The position numbers and the translations under genes are program-made. A DNA stretch of 63,600 bases, counting the filler, from Licmophora abbreviata (taxonomy: Eukaryota), in NCBI GenBank assembly GCA_900291995.1. It is 9 parts of 9 records of this genome, joined end to end, with 100 filler letters (N's around TTAATTAATTAA, not from the genome) between each part and the next. Parts side by side here need not be neighbours in the genome. Positions count along the whole stretch, not along the records: positions 21,476 to 25,765 come from OLMU01003957.1; positions 25,866 to 34,535 come from OLMU01003958.1; positions 34,636 to 44,309 come from OLMU01003959.1; 6 more parts are not named here. The stretch is one strand, 5' to 3'. The notes beneath the pieces are model-generated. The model was given only the letters and a program-made list of their open reading frames with translations, had not been told where the DNA came from and ran no database searches. Within the stretch, counting starts at the first letter, position 1. Each line of letters starts with the position of its first letter. Shown here one piece after another: positions 21,784 through 34,767 of this stretch.

Positions 21784-22682
21784 ATGAAGATTGCCGTCCT
21801 TGCCACTCTTATTGCCGGCGCTGCCGCGTTTGCCCCCTCCACTGGATCGGTATGTAATCGATACTTAGATTGAGAAAGCTCCGAGGAAGAACGATTCGAA
21901 ACCCTGACTTGGAACAAAAGGCACGAGAGCTCCTACTGTCCTGGCGTTCACACCGCGTGCCTTCGTCTATATTTATATGTGATACTCGTCCAACAGTGCA
22001 CTGTGCAAGAATCAACAGACATGTAACGCTTTTGACGACCTGTGGTTCTCTTGTCTCACGATTTCCCATCCCTTTATCATTCCTTCGCAGCGCGCCAGTA
22101 CTGCCTTGAACGCCGAGGTCGACCGCCGTGTTGCCTTTGGACAAATCGGGATCGCAGCAGCGGGTCTCGCCGGACTCCCCTCCATTGCCGCCGCCGATGG
22201 CGCCGTCAGCGCCGCGACGGTTACCAAGGCCAAGCTTGTGTATGGAGATCGCATTGCTTCGTTGAAGGGTGCCGTCTCCAAGGGAGATTTTGCCGCGGTC
22301 GCGGACGAAAAGAACGCCTTTATCCTCTTCAACTCGGGTGTCTACCCCACCGCCAAGGATAAGAGCAAGAAGAAGGCTGCCGTTGAGGGCACCAACGCCA
22401 TCTTTTCTGCCATCCGATCCCAGGACAAGGCTGCCTTGAAGAGTGCCTATGACTCCTATGTCGCTTCCAACGACGTCAAGGCCCTTCCGGAAGTCGACCC
22501 CCAGAAAGGACAAGGTTACTCGACCTCTGACTACAGCTACCTCACACGCACCAAGGCTGGGTAAGTGCTCCCTTGAATACATGTAAGCACAGGATGCTGC
22601 TTCTACTTGGGTCACGTTTCCTAACGGTGCTATTATTTTGTTTTCTGTTCCCCTTGTTCGCAGCGCCGTCTACGTCAGGTAA
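21784..22682 (+). CDS. psb31: Photosystem II extrinsic protein Psb31
   Basis: Exons 21784-21849 (MKIAVLATLIAGAAAFAP..), 22091-22560 and 22664-22682. RR plus hydrophobic lumenal signal. Mature sequence DGAVS..YGDRIASLK..EKNAFILFNSG..GQGYS..RTKAGAVYVR. Confidence 0.9.
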
Positions 22683-23029
22683 ACGCACTCTGGGCGAAGA
22701 GTGTAGTTTCAAGGTTGGACGCTACTTCTGTTGCTTCCTGGTTCGATAAGGAGCGTTAGTGTGGACGAAAACTTAGAATAGACTGAATGTCTCCCTAATA
22801 ATAAGGAACGAGATTATTCTGTCATCCGGCGGCAACGCCGTTGCGGGCTGGCTAGCTTAGAGTGTGAACAGTGTTAAAAGTTGGGAGATTGCTGGAATCT
22901 GTCCACCAGTGAAGGTATTCTCGTCGTATAATACTAGCCACCAGTTTTAAAGGCGGGTAACTCTAGTGTCGAGCACTGGTCTACCGACATTACAAGTCTA
23001 TGAACCTGTCTAAGCCCAACTCACAATGG

Positions 23030-24974
23030 TTAGAGGTCAGGCCACCCCACTTCAAGCCAGTCGACATCGGTATTTGCACAAACTTCCTTAGGATTCCGAT
23101 TTATTTCGCTCGGGATGCCCAGTCGCCTCCGAGCCACGCCAGAGCAGGTCGCAAAAGCGGGACCACTGCGCCGCTCATCACAGAATAGACAGCTGTTCAG
23201 CCATCCGTCGTCCCCTGCGCCCCGAATATTATTCGTACCCATCAGTCCTTGGATCGTCGTCGACATGCAAGTGAACAGACACTTTGACGCGGTATTTATC
23301 ATGTTGTCCGCCCAGCAATTGGTGCAGTCACGCGAAAAGCCGATCTTGCCTTCCAAGCACCTGACCAGTGAACCATAAGTTCCCAAGATTGTGTGAATAC
23401 CGCACTTTTTCGACTTCTTGGCGACCGTCTTCCGGGTGTCGATATAATCTCGAATGTCTTCAGGATTTGAACAAAAACCGCAAGCGCCACAATGGGCAAC
23501 CAAGAAGCCTGCGTCGCTGGCTTGCTGCTTCGTAGGGAACGTCTCGAAAGACTGGGAAGGATCCAAGGGGTTGAATGCACAGACTTCATCAAGGATAAAG
23601 TACTTTGTTGTGGGCGGTGCCTCCGCGGCGTTGGTATTCTCAGCTCGAGAGCCGATGAGGACTACCACAATCACGACGTAAAGGACTATGACAATGCCAA
23701 GCAGACCGCGAAAGGCCCAAAAGGTTGCTTTCGCTCTCTTGCTCCGGGGAGCTACACGGTAGTCAAAGCAAGCCTTTGAGCAACAGCTACGAGGATCTCG
23801 GGAGGCCTCCTCATCACAACCGCCATCGGTATCGCCCACCTTTTGCTCGTCTCCAACCGCACTTGCGATATCAGCCTCCAGCTGCTCATTTGTTTCGTGG
23901 TCAATCACTCTGCGGTCAATGTCGGGCGTGTCATTCGGGTCTACCGGTCGTGAATCTTCATGGGTGTGCTTCGCATCACTTCGCGCGGAGGCCGTGAGAC
24001 GGGAAGCGATCGATGTTCTCGGGAAATAATCGTAGAGGTGCTCACTTCCGGTCTGAGGTCAGATTCTCTGGTTGAACACCAAACGTGGCCGTGGCCCAAG
24101 CCGAACATAACCAGAGAGCACAAGCTAGAATCATAAGGACTCCGGCAGCTCGCAACTCACAGACATTGTTGCAAACATCTCCTGGGTCCCGCCCTTCAAG
24201 GTACTCTGCAGTCAGGTTGTCGCACGTACAAAAGTCGCTCTTGAGAACCACCAGGGTCAATATACAGCTCACGGCGCAAATCAGTTCGACAATCACAATG
24301 GCCCTGGTTCCACCCCGCGAAATCCGTCGATGGACAGGATGGATGAAAAGGAATCGCACAATCAGAGTGCAGATCACATAAGTCAAAAGCCAAAAGACTA
24401 TCCACGCGTTGTACACATTCGTCGTAAAGACACTGGCGACAAACAAAGCGGCAATGCTCACCCCGATTCCCCAGCTGAGCGCAAGGAACTGAAGCGCTTG
24501 CGTCTTCGTAGCAAGCAACGAGAGTCCAAGAAGCATAGCCGTCATGCTGAAGACGCGCGCCGTGATGAGCGGGGCACCGAGTCTGTAGCTGAAAAAAAGC
24601 ACATCCCACAGCTGACACGTGCCCGTGGCGTCTTCCATGGTCCATAGACCGTAATAATTTCCCGTGAACGAAATGTTTGCTCCTTCAAAGTAGCTGCAGT
24701 CCCAGCTACCCCCAAAAGTAAATATGAGAGCCATGAAGCATAGCGCGAGCGGGATAGTGTGACGCGTCATGCCGTTTGGACAGCATTTGGTCCTCCAGGT
24801 TTCTTCGGAGGAGAGGGGTTCTTTTGAATGCATAAACTGCGACTCTTCGTCCAAGTGTTCTTCCCGCTGGACATCGTCGAAGTCCTCGCTTTCGTGCTCT
24901 TGGCCTCGAGTTTCTACCATCTTCTCGTCTCCACCAGCACCAGGCACCTCTATAGTTTCCACTATGCTGCTCAT
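23030..24974 (-). CDS. Multi-pass membrane protein with C-terminal Cys-rich domain
   Basis: ORFs 24042-24974 and 23030-23908 join in frame through a predicted intron 24045-23910 (GTGAGC..CCGCAG), or through a 1-nt frameshift. C-domain motifs HCGACGFCSN, CWADN, CLFCDERRSGP and RRRLGI. Confidence 0.65.
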
Positions 24975-25396
24975 CGTTCTTCGAAATCTGAAAATTGACG
25001 AGGAGACTGCGAAACCTGGATTGTGGATGCCCGGGAAGTATGATACCGGTACTAGACTAAAAGAAGTCTCATCAGGTCTCCGTCAGCGACATCGACATCG
25101 ACAGTCGAATCGAATGAATCAATGCAGGATCACAATCGAATCAATATCAATGCTGCGATGGACAGGCGGACAGGTGTGCAAAGTGCAAAGGGGGATGTGA
25201 CCCGGTCAGAACGTGCTTGGCGCGTCGTCATGGAAGATAACCAGCAGTAAAATGTAATCTCTACGAATAGAGAGATAGACATATCATTTTTGTTACAAGC
25301 AAACGGCTTCCATGGCTTCCTACGCTACCAGTAATTGAACCACATCTATGCTAGGTCGGAAGCGTTTGACATGATCCTAACAGAAACATCATCAAC

Positions 25397-28300
25397 CTAA
25401 GTATTCACGTAGTTGAACTTTTTCAGCCCAAACCAGCACATCAATCTAGCCAGAAACAAGCAGAAAAAGAGAACACCAATGTCTAGTGGCCGGTTGTCCT
25501 TCGTGAATCGGCCTCCGAAGTAAAAGTCAACGAACTCTGTCATGGTTCCAACACAGGCTTCGCCCGCCGTACAATTTTGCTGCAGGAAGAACTGCCCACC
25601 CGGGTCGGCAGTCACGTTGTAGTCGAGCCCAATAAACTGACTGGTGATTACACCCTCAAAGGCAAACCGTCCGGGCGCGGTCCAGTACCCCATCTGGAAC
25701 GGACCTTTGAAGTACTGCGGTTTTACGACGAGACCCGAGAAGAAGACGTTGTACCCGATGAGCGCNNNNNNNNNNNNNNNNNNNNNNNNNNNNNNNNNNN
25801 NNNNNNNNNTTAATTAATTAANNNNNNNNNNNNNNNNNNNNNNNNNNNNNNNNNNNNNNNNNNNNCGCCTACCAGTGCCCCGGCGGTAGGAGTGTCTTTG
25901 ACGACGGTGATGAAGGCCTGTCCAAAATACACATATACCGCAACGTTTAACGCGAAGTAGCCAAAGAATGCAATCCACTTGTCCGCCGATGTGAAGAGAC
26001 CCACGGTCGCGTAGTAGACAGCGGAGAAGATGGCAGCCATCATAACGATGTAAGGAAGCTCACCGATCGTGATCGCCAGCGTCACCGAGTTGTGATTCAG
26101 CATACCCGAGGCACGGTGTTTGTAGAAGACGTCGCGAATTTCCTTCATGACAGGCACAGCCATGCTAATGGAGACAACCCCCAGAATGATGAGCGCAAGA
26201 AACATTGTAGAAAAGATACCAGAAACTTGGTTTTCGTTGAACGTCGAGGGAGGATTCTTGTCTCGAATGAAGACTGACCCGAGAAGGAAGGCATAGAGTA
26301 TCGCAATCATAAGTCTTGCCAGGTTGTAAGAGGGCGCGCGTTTCATGATGGTGAGGACCCTGCGATTCATATACGTATACCGCGTCGGCCATTTCGCTGC
26401 GTAGACTTCTTCGTACGTAATCTTCTTCGATTCGTCGGGAGACACCTTAACTGATGCGACATACTCCTTCATAGTCTCATACTGCCCTGACTGTTCGAAC
26501 GCTTCCTTCCAGTTGAATTCTGCATCTTCGCCTGTGTACGCCCGAAGCATCCAGGCGGCAGGATTCTCGCCATGAGAAATCGGCCGGGCATCGTGACCCT
26601 CAAAGTAATTGACTAAGTGGCAGCTTTCCTGACCCAGTTCCCCGAAGAAGACCACTTCACCCCCACGTTTCAGCAGCAGCAGATCATCAAACATCTCGAA
26701 CACGGCCGAAGACGGCTGATGAATCGTTGCGCAAACTGTACGGCCTGTGTCTGCAATTTTCTTCAAGGCTCGCATGATTACAAGAGCTCCGCGACTGTCT
26801 AATCCTGAGGTTGGTTCGTCCAGGAATATCACCGATCTATTAAAAAATGGCAAAGACGACGACGCATAAGTCGACAAGCTAGCAGGGAGCACTGACCACT
26901 GCTTCAACTCTTTACTTACGGCGACGCGGCCAGCTCAACAGCGATGGCCAATCGTTTGCGCTGCTCAAATGTAAGCCCACCATATTCATAGCTTCCTACA
27001 GGTAAATCTTCGATCTCAGTCAACTCCATCATATTAAGAACGTAGTCAACAAAGCGCTGTTTTCCTTCATCGGTCGCCGTGACAGGATTTTCCGAGTCTA
27101 AACGCAACCGCGCCGAAAAAACTACCGTCTCTCGGACCGTAAGCTCTGCTTGCTGGACGTCAAATTGTTCCACATAACCTGAGCTGCGCAAGAAAGAGGT
27201 GCGCTCTTGAAGAAAACCATTCATTCGGACCTCGCCAGTGATGACGCCCGATTCTTTTCGTAATGCAATCACGTCCATCAACGTCGTTTTCTATAACGAG
27301 AGACGAGAAGCAGCATGATAAGCGCCATGGAGAACACGCGACAACGGCAGGGAGGGACTTTTTGACTTACACCGGCACCCGACGAACCCATCAAAGCGCA
27401 CATACGGCCTCCCTTGAAAGCCCCACTGACGTTATTCAAAAGTTTCAGCATACCATCGCCAGTGGAAGGTTTAACTTCGTAGCAAAGGTCTTCGAAAGTT
27501 AGATCAACAGGAGTGAAGGGCAGGTTGAAGTCGTCGGAGCTTTGCTGGGTATCGGCGTCTTCCTCTCCGAAGACCGTCGCGTTCTTATCAACTGATGTCC
27601 TCGTTGGTTCAATGCGAACGTATTTGACAACAATCGCAAGGGCCGCGGCCGAAAGGAGAGTATATGGGATCAAGAAGAGAAATGTGTAGCCAATCCAAGC
27701 CTTATCAGTCTTGAAACCTCTGCCGCCTAGAAAAGCCTCCGCGACGGTTAAGGATCCGCTGTTCAGAAGATTCTTGTACTTGTCGCTGGTGAACTCCGAT
27801 ATCACAAGTCCCTGGAATGCCCATGCCATCGGATTTGTGTAGTAAAGCCAATCGTAGTAGCGCGGGATCGTGTCCGGGAAGACGATGAAGCCGCTGAACA
27901 AAGAAAAGAGGAGAACGAGAAAGGTGCCGAAACTAAGGACGTTCGCCTTGTTTGGAAGAATTTGCGCAATAATACCGTACATCATTTTCAATGCAAAAGT
28001 GAACGACAATACAATGGCAAGATACACGAAGAAACCTCTCGCACTGAGATCAAGGCCAACCATAAAGTAGAGAGGAATCCCGAATGCGGCGATTTCTAGG
28101 GCACGTTGAGGCAGTGTGGAGATCAACCTGCCGAATACGAACGCGAAAGACTGGTAGAAGTTCGCGTCCGCATGCTTGTAGTGGATTGGACGGCCATCTG
28201 TGACAACGACACGCGAGAACGGTGAGACAAGTCAGACCATATCGCCTAGCACGTTAGAGCGTCAATACAAGAGAATGAACATACCAATATCGTCGGGTGT

Positions 28301-30263
28301 ACTCGTCGTAGTTCCAAGCAAGATATGAAGGCAAGTCATAAAGAAAGCAGAAAATACCGCGTCTTGCACAGTAACCAGTTTCTCGATATCTTCTTCGGTC
28401 GGAATCTCAGACAGATTGCTGGGGACTTTCGCCTGGCCAAATAGAATGCCTCCAGTAGCCACTGCCATGCCGATGTTCTCGAACGACTTGCCAATGATGA
28501 AGCCCTTGTCACGCCACCAAAGAGTAAGATGACGACGAAAACTGAGTTTTGTCGACCGGAGCAGCGAGTTCTGGAATTCGACCTTGAACTCGTCAGGAAC
28601 GTTCGTCGCGGTAGCACGGGAGGTGCTCCTCCCCAGCGACATCAGACGGCTACTGCCGTTCTCTTCATCGTCCACATCGACTGTCCAATCGTGCTGTGAC
28701 TTTGCGTGCAGCATAGTCTGGATCGTATCCGCAAATCGACTCTCCCGAAATGCTTCCGCAAACTGTTCGGGAGTGTAGTGCTCATCGCGTGGGCTCTTGT
28801 CCGCATCAAAAAGGAGCTCCCCGTCCAGAGTAGTGACGGCCTGCAAGAAATCTGCCACGTCCATTGTCGCAGGCAAATCGTATCCCAGACTTGCGAAATA
28901 TTCGACTGAATCTTCCACAGGTCCCGCATAGATGAGAAAGCCTTCGCTCAGGAGAACAAGTTCGTCAAAGAGTGAAAACGTCTCCGGTCCTGGCTGAAGC
29001 AACGAAACGATACGGGTCGTTTTGACAGCCTTGGCAAAGTCGACAATCGACTTGACAATATCATACGTGACGGCCGCATCCAAACCCTAAGGGAAGAACA
29101 GAAAGAAAGCAATAGGGTGTGTAAGCGCATGCTCGACCAGAGCGAGTACGATCGTCAATGTATAAAATACGCACAGTGGAAATTTCGTCGGTACAGGCGA
29201 CGGGAATCTGCCCTTGCATCATTTCTCCGATCGTGACACGGCGGCGCTGCCCACCACTGACACCACGGACATCGGCATTGCCCACAAAGGTATCCGCCAC
29301 ATGTCCAAGTCCCAGCCCCTCAATAGTTAGGTTTTCCGACGTTTCGCTGGGCTTCGCTGCGTTATTCTTCGGCTTGGCACCGTCACGGCAGGCACCAGCA
29401 TACTCAAAGGTTTCCTTGACAGTGAGATAGGGAGCGTGAATATCGAGCTGCCCGACGAAACTCACTACGTTGGCCAAGACCAAGTCGGGCTCCTCCTTGG
29501 TCGTCAGTCCGTTGTATTCAATTCGCCCCGTCAGGTAGGGTTTTCCCTTGGGAGCTTTGTCGAGGTCGTCGCCCTCAACCCAGACGGAATTGCGGGGGAA
29601 GCGCCCCGCGATGGTCTTCAAGAGCGTCGTTTTCCCACAACCCGGCGGTCCAAGGACAAGATAGGTCATACCAGGACGGAAACAGAGGCTGAGGTTGTTG
29701 AGGATAGGTTTCTTGGAAAAGGGGAGAAACAAATCTGACGCGGTTGTGGCTACCCAGTCACCACGCGTCTTGTCCTTTGGCGGATTGATCAATTGTCCAA
29801 CTCTCTGAAAGAACTGGTACGCAAGGAAGCAGATGCTTTGATTGAGGACGGTCCGCTGTGTAGCTGCCTGCACATCAACCGGCACGTAGAAACTCAAGTT
29901 GCGGAGGCGCACTTCGACTAGTTTGAGAGGATCTGAAATGGTCGGCGCGTTGATCATACTGAGACGACGAATCGCAGTGCGTCGCTCTTTGTGGCTGGCC
30001 TCGATTTCAGAATCTTGTTCTGCTTCTGCTTCTTCTTCAGAATCTTCCACGGAGGTGTCCAGCATGAGAACGGAGGGTCGTCTGGCCACGAGGTTCTGCA
30101 AGTGATCGGGCCGACCGGTGCGGGATGACACCCTCGGGCCATACAGAGACGAGCTGGTGACGGACTGTCGGGTCGAGCTTCGCCGCTGCACTCGGGGGCG
30201 TCCACTACCAGGCTCAAGGTCTCCACCTATGTCCACGGCACTCATGTTTTCGTCCTCGTCCAT
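25397..30263 (-). CDS. Full-size ABCG (PDR-type) transporter
   Basis: NBD1: GPPGCGKTT, VSGGQRRRV, DEIST|GLD. NBD2: GSSGAG|KTT, LTFEQRKRL, FLDEPTSGLD. Introns 29174-29087, 28284-28198, 27370-27291 and 26919-26837. Reads through the gap at 25766-25865. Confidence 0.95.
25766..25865. other. Assembly gap spacer (effectively zero-length)
   Basis: The flanks overlap by GCG and the ABCG frame continues (ALVG|ALIGYN). Confidence 0.95.
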
Positions 30264-30975
30264 CGGTGACTGTGTCCTGTCTTCCGAATGACCGACTAGA
30301 CCGGTAGTACAGTGTAGTAGCTATGACCAGCAAGTTCGCCCAGAAATGATTTGCTGTAGCGTTAGACTACTACGAAGCTGTGTCACTCAGCGATTCCAAA
30401 CCTAAGTTGAGACTGTCTCGTTTTCCAACAAAGAAGAATAGAGCAGAGACTCGACTTTCCCAAACAGAGGAATGAGAGATGTCCCCCTCAAGTGAACAGA
30501 GTGACAGAGAGCAAAGTTTCAAAGTTTCGGTTTGGAAGGCTCGAAAGATCTTATTCCGACGTTGCCGCGTACGAGGTAAACTTCTAACTGCGTCACAAAC
30601 AAAATTCAATAATACATACATGAATACAGGCATCCGTTGGATGACCATTTTCATCTTCCATATTTATTATTGGCTTCCTGCCCGACCGTTGGAAAAGCAA
30701 CGAGCCATGAGGAAAAGATTCAGAAGTATTCGACGCAAGGCAGACACAAAAAGGGCGCGCCGGCATTGCGTAACAAAACAACAACAAAGCGTTTTACTCT
30801 GTTAGTCTACAAGCGAGGGAAGCATTGTAGCATCACCAAGTCGCCCATTCTTCTTGTTGTTCCCTGCTGCGTCTGTTGATCTGAAAGTAGACTAGCGAGT
30901 AGGCCTTGTACGTGACAAAGGAAGACCAGAACGATAGAAACGAAGCAGAAAAGCAGCGTGAACGAGACAGCATCG

Positions 30976-33189
30976 ATGAAGCCGTCTCCGATACTTTCAG
31001 AGAATGACCGGGATCCTTTCAGCAGAGGCGTTTCTCGTCGACATCGCTCCAAAATTAAGACTCCCAAAGCAGAACGGAGGATCGTGATAGACATGCCGCA
31101 GCCTCACTCTCCTGAGAATCGAAATCTGGACTCGATTGGTCCTGAAAGTCCATTCGCATGGCCGGATGCTGGCTCGACGGCGGTCAGTCCAATCTCGACT
31201 CCCGGGAACGAAACTTCTACCGCCCACAAGACGACCCCTCAGACGCAGGCCTCCACTCCTGCCGCCGCAGACGAAGCCATCATTCCCACCCCATACTGCA
31301 GGTTGATTACGTCTGCCTTTGGATACGACTGTGACTTGTACACCGACGTACTCGATATTCCCAGGGACGCGCATCCCAGAGACATTCGTGTCGCCTACTT
31401 TCGGCGCGGACGCCAAGTCCTCAGCGATGATCGTGGAGTGCCTGCTCCAGTCAGTGACGCGCTCCATGGCGGAGGATCAGCAACGATCAATGGTGCAGTA
31501 TCAACGACTGCCAAGATGAAGTTCCAGGCCGTCTCCATGGCATTCGATATTCTGACCAATCCAGAATGGCGGGAAGCATACGACATGTACGGACTGCACG
31601 GACCGGATGATCCCTTTGGCACACTTGGAGACGATGAGTTCGCATCGATGCGATCGCTGGCGTCCACCTCGGCCTTGAGAAGGTCGGGTAGCGCCGACCG
31701 TCTAACGCACAGTGGAAAGAGGACCGCTTCGCGCAGCAAGGGAGGAGTGCGTTGGAAGGAAGAAGTCGAGGAACTTGTGTTTGCGCAGGATCCGATCGAG
31801 GTCAAGGCTGGTGGGGGCTTTGATGATATCGAAGAGACTGACGAAAGCGATAATTCCTCCGTGTCGGCGTCCAAGAAGAAGAAGAAGAAAAAGAAGCGAT
31901 CCAAAAAGAAGATCGTTGTGGAAACGGAGGCCCTGAAGGAACATTTAGAGCAGCTCGACAAGGAGGCGGAGCAGACCTTTGTCAACGACTTTCTTGATGA
32001 AATTGAACAGAGCATTGAAGGCATGTTGACTTTTGGAAGCATGGGAACGTCCAAAGGTGCCGAGGAACAGAAAGAGTACTTCAAGGACGCGCGCAAGAAG
32101 CTCTTTCATGATGATGACGCCATGCCACTCTTTCCCGTGGAGGAGGACCTCCTCTTTCCTGACGAGAATCGTGAGCCAGATACTTACCCAGAGTCGGAAA
32201 GGGCTCGAGAGGAAATGCGGACGAAGAGGACAAACAAGCCCAAGGGACGCGAATCGATGAATCCATTTGATGACGAAGTGGCATCCAGCGAGATTCCTAC
32301 GGACTCCTTCGATGCCAACTTTCCGACAGAAGAGCGCCCCACGACGAGTCCGTTCAACGCGGACGAGCCGATGGACGAGAATCCAACAAATCCCTTTTCC
32401 GAGACGGAACAGGCCAAGACCACGAACAATCCATTCGATGACGAGTATGAGGATTTCGGACATCCACACGCTACTGGCTTACAAGATCCTTCTCCGGCAA
32501 CTCCCGTCAAGGCCAAGCGCCCCAATAAGAAAAAGATTGAGATGGTCGCTCCCACTGAGCTGTTTGTCACCAAGACGACCAGACGAGAAACTGACGATGA
32601 CGGCGCGAGTGCTACACTCACGGTTGACGACTCAGTTAGTACCATAAGTGCCAGTGTCGTCAGTGTCGCAGACAAGGGCACGACAGGTAGTTCCACCTCA
32701 CGAGGCACGAGACTGGCGTCTGTAAAGGAAAATTCCATCGATCTCAACGACACTGGCGATGCCGTGATGCACGAATTGGACGGTTCAGTCAATAGCGCCG
32801 ACCTAGATGACGACCATGTTGACACCCTCAACATTGTGGATGAACTCGGCTGCGGTAATTGGTGCGGAGAGGTGCAGCCATCTCTTTCCGCTGATGCAAC
32901 AGACGATGACGTGCCATTTTCGGAACACGGAACAAGTCATTTGGAACAGAGCGATGGAGATGCTCCAGAGTTCCACGTTTATTTGATGTCGTACCTTAAG
33001 GCCCTCTCACATGACCTCTACGAGTGGGGGCGATCATTCGGTGAGATGGAATTGTCAGACACGTTGGCACTCTCCGAAGAGGACCTGGAAAGCATGATGG
33101 GCATTCTAAAGACGGAAATGGCGCTGACGCCTGGCGACTTGCCGAAGAATCATTTGCCAGCGGAGCTCAAGCAGACGCTCTCCTTTTGA
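30976..33189 (+). CDS. J-domain-like protein lacking HPD, with acidic disordered tail
   Basis: DLYTDVLDI..IRVAYFRR..KFQAVSMAFDILTNPEWREAYD, a poly-Lys stretch and NPF motifs. Confidence 0.75.
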   Translation: MKPSPILSENDRDPFSRGVSRRHRSKIKTPKAERRIVIDMPQPHSPENRNLDSIGPESPFAWPDAGSTAVSPISTPGNETSTAHKTTPQTQASTPAAADEAIIPTPYCRLITSAFGYDCDLYTDVLDIPRDAHPRDIRVAYFRRGRQVLSDDRGVPAPVSDALHGGGSATINGAVSTTAKMKFQAVSMAFDILTNPEWREAYDMYGLHGPDDPFGTLGDDEFASMRSLASTSALRRSGSADRLTHSGKRTASRSKGGVRWKEEVEELVFAQDPIEVKAGGGFDDIEETDESDNSSVSASKKKKKKKKRSKKKIVVETEALKEHLEQLDKEAEQTFVNDFLDEIEQSIEGMLTFGSMGTSKGAEEQKEYFKDARKKLFHDDDAMPLFPVEEDLLFPDENREPDTYPESERAREEMRTKRTNKPKGRESMNPFDDEVASSEIPTDSFDANFPTEERPTTSPFNADEPMDENPTNPFSETEQAKTTNNPFDDEYEDFGHPHATGLQDPSPATPVKAKRPNKKKIEMVAPTELFVTKTTRRETDDDGASATLTVDDSVSTISASVVSVADKGTTGSSTSRGTRLASVKENSIDLNDTGDAVMHELDGSVNSADLDDDHVDTLNIVDELGCGNWCGEVQPSLSADATDDDVPFSEHGTSHLEQSDGDAPEFHVYLMSYLKALSHDLYEWGRSFGEMELSDTLALSEEDLESMMGILKTEMALTPGDLPKNHLPAELKQTLSF

Positions 33190-33338
33190 GTTTCCACGCC
33201 AACGACGAGTCATCGAGGCACATTAGGACATATAAGAGTCGCAGTTAAAGCGCACTTTACTAGAATGTTCTTGTACGACGTTTAGAGCGCCTGACCGGCA
33301 AATTCGTGAGAAAAGTTCGGGAGTCTCCGTGGCCCCGG

Positions 33339-34389
33339 CTACTCATCCGGAACGAAGTCAAAGTCTCCGTAAGGCGGCGAATGCTCCTTGTACCATGCTT
33401 GCACTTGTGGAATAGCCCGAATCCGCTTCATGTGTGCCTTCACCAGAGGATACGCATCCAATACGGTTGCCGGAATACCATCCAGAATACTTCCATCAAT
33501 CCAAATGCTAAGCTGATACAGACGCAAATCGGCAATCGTGACGCTGTCACCGACCAGCCAACCAGCCTTGTTCCCCTTGAGAGCATCTTCGAAATAAGCA
33601 AGGTGCTGTAGACGGAATGACATTGCGAGGCAGACATGTCAATGAGACACAGTTGTTTTGTTGACGAATATGCAAAGTCTATACGATCTCATATGACATG
33701 CGACTCGACTCACCTTCGGAAGCCCTTTGTTGACGATACGCGATCGGATCGCCACTTTCTCTTCCGATGTCCACTCTGTATCATCCGAAATCATGTTTCG
33801 GACTGCCCCCTGCACAGTCAAAACGATAGGGCGCGAGGCATCATCGACGACATCGACCATCGAGTCGACCTGTGTACGCGAGAAAAAGAACCGAAGATGA
33901 GTTATCAGTTCTACTGAGAAGATGTAGATGTTACCAGGCTATTGACACAAAGACTACTTGTGATCGTACCTTGCATGCCTGCAAAGGATCGTCTGGATAC
34001 AAGCCTGCACTAGCAAAGAGCGGGATGCATAGCTTAGCAAGTGATCTTCTGATATCCTGACTTCAGAAAGCCAATACACCACGCTGTCGACACACTTGCT
34101 TGATTCACGCATTCGATCCATACGATTACGTACCTCCTAACTTTCCCAAGTATCGAAGAATCGCGTGCGCTTCAGGAATTTTCGTCGACTCTGCTTCCCC
34201 GTCATTCTGAACCTCCAAAATGGGCAGTTGGCCGAGAGGCAGCGTGTTCTGGATGCTTTTGAACGTAGCAAAGTCCAACGACTTGTGTGTGAAGGCAATC
34301 TTTCCAATGGCCGCAGCGAGACGAAGTGGCTCGCCCCGATTGGCAAAACCAAAGTACGTGAGAGTCAATTTCGGCATGATGGCAACCAT
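33339..34389 (-). CDS. Glutathione S-transferase (sigma-like)
   Basis: Motifs LTYF..RGEPLRL, PLGQLPIL, GLYPDD and TIADL. Exons 34389-34134, 34004-33970, 33869-33714 and 33605-33339. Confidence 0.92.
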
Positions 34390-34535
34390 GGAGAGTGGCG
34401 CTGGCTTGATTTTGTTTTTTGTGAACTTCGCGTCGGCGGCAAGTTTTCTACGTGAAGTTTTGCACAGATACACTTCTATCGAATTCATTTGACTTCGATC
34501 GAAGCGACTACTTACTTGTGCGACACTTACTCCCT

Positions 34536-34635
34536 NNNNNNNNNNNNNNNNNNNNNNNNNNNNNNNNNNNNNNNNNNNNTTAATTAATTAANNNNNNNNN
34601 NNNNNNNNNNNNNNNNNNNNNNNNNNNNNNNNNNN
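34536..34635. other. Assembly gap spacer
   Basis: N44-TTAATTAATTAA-N44. Confidence 0.97.
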
Positions 34636-34767
34636 TTTGGACCATCGCACCATGAAGACACATTGGATAGGACACCAACTAAGCTAGTTTCTAATCTTCG
34701 TCGCCCGATAGGCTATAGAAAACAAGGGATAGTCGTCCTAGGAATGTTAGGTTGTTCGATTGAGTCG

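Noticed and set aside
21850..22090. Long psb31 intron with an AAGGCACG..CGTGCCTT hairpin as a snoRNA host
   Set aside because: Only one 8-bp stem and no convincing C/D or H/ACA box arrangement.
21809..22615. 268-aa antisense ORF over psb31, and other long antisense ORFs (31395-32096, 45342-46037)
   Set aside because: Shadow ORFs caused by codon bias and low complexity of the real sense-strand genes.
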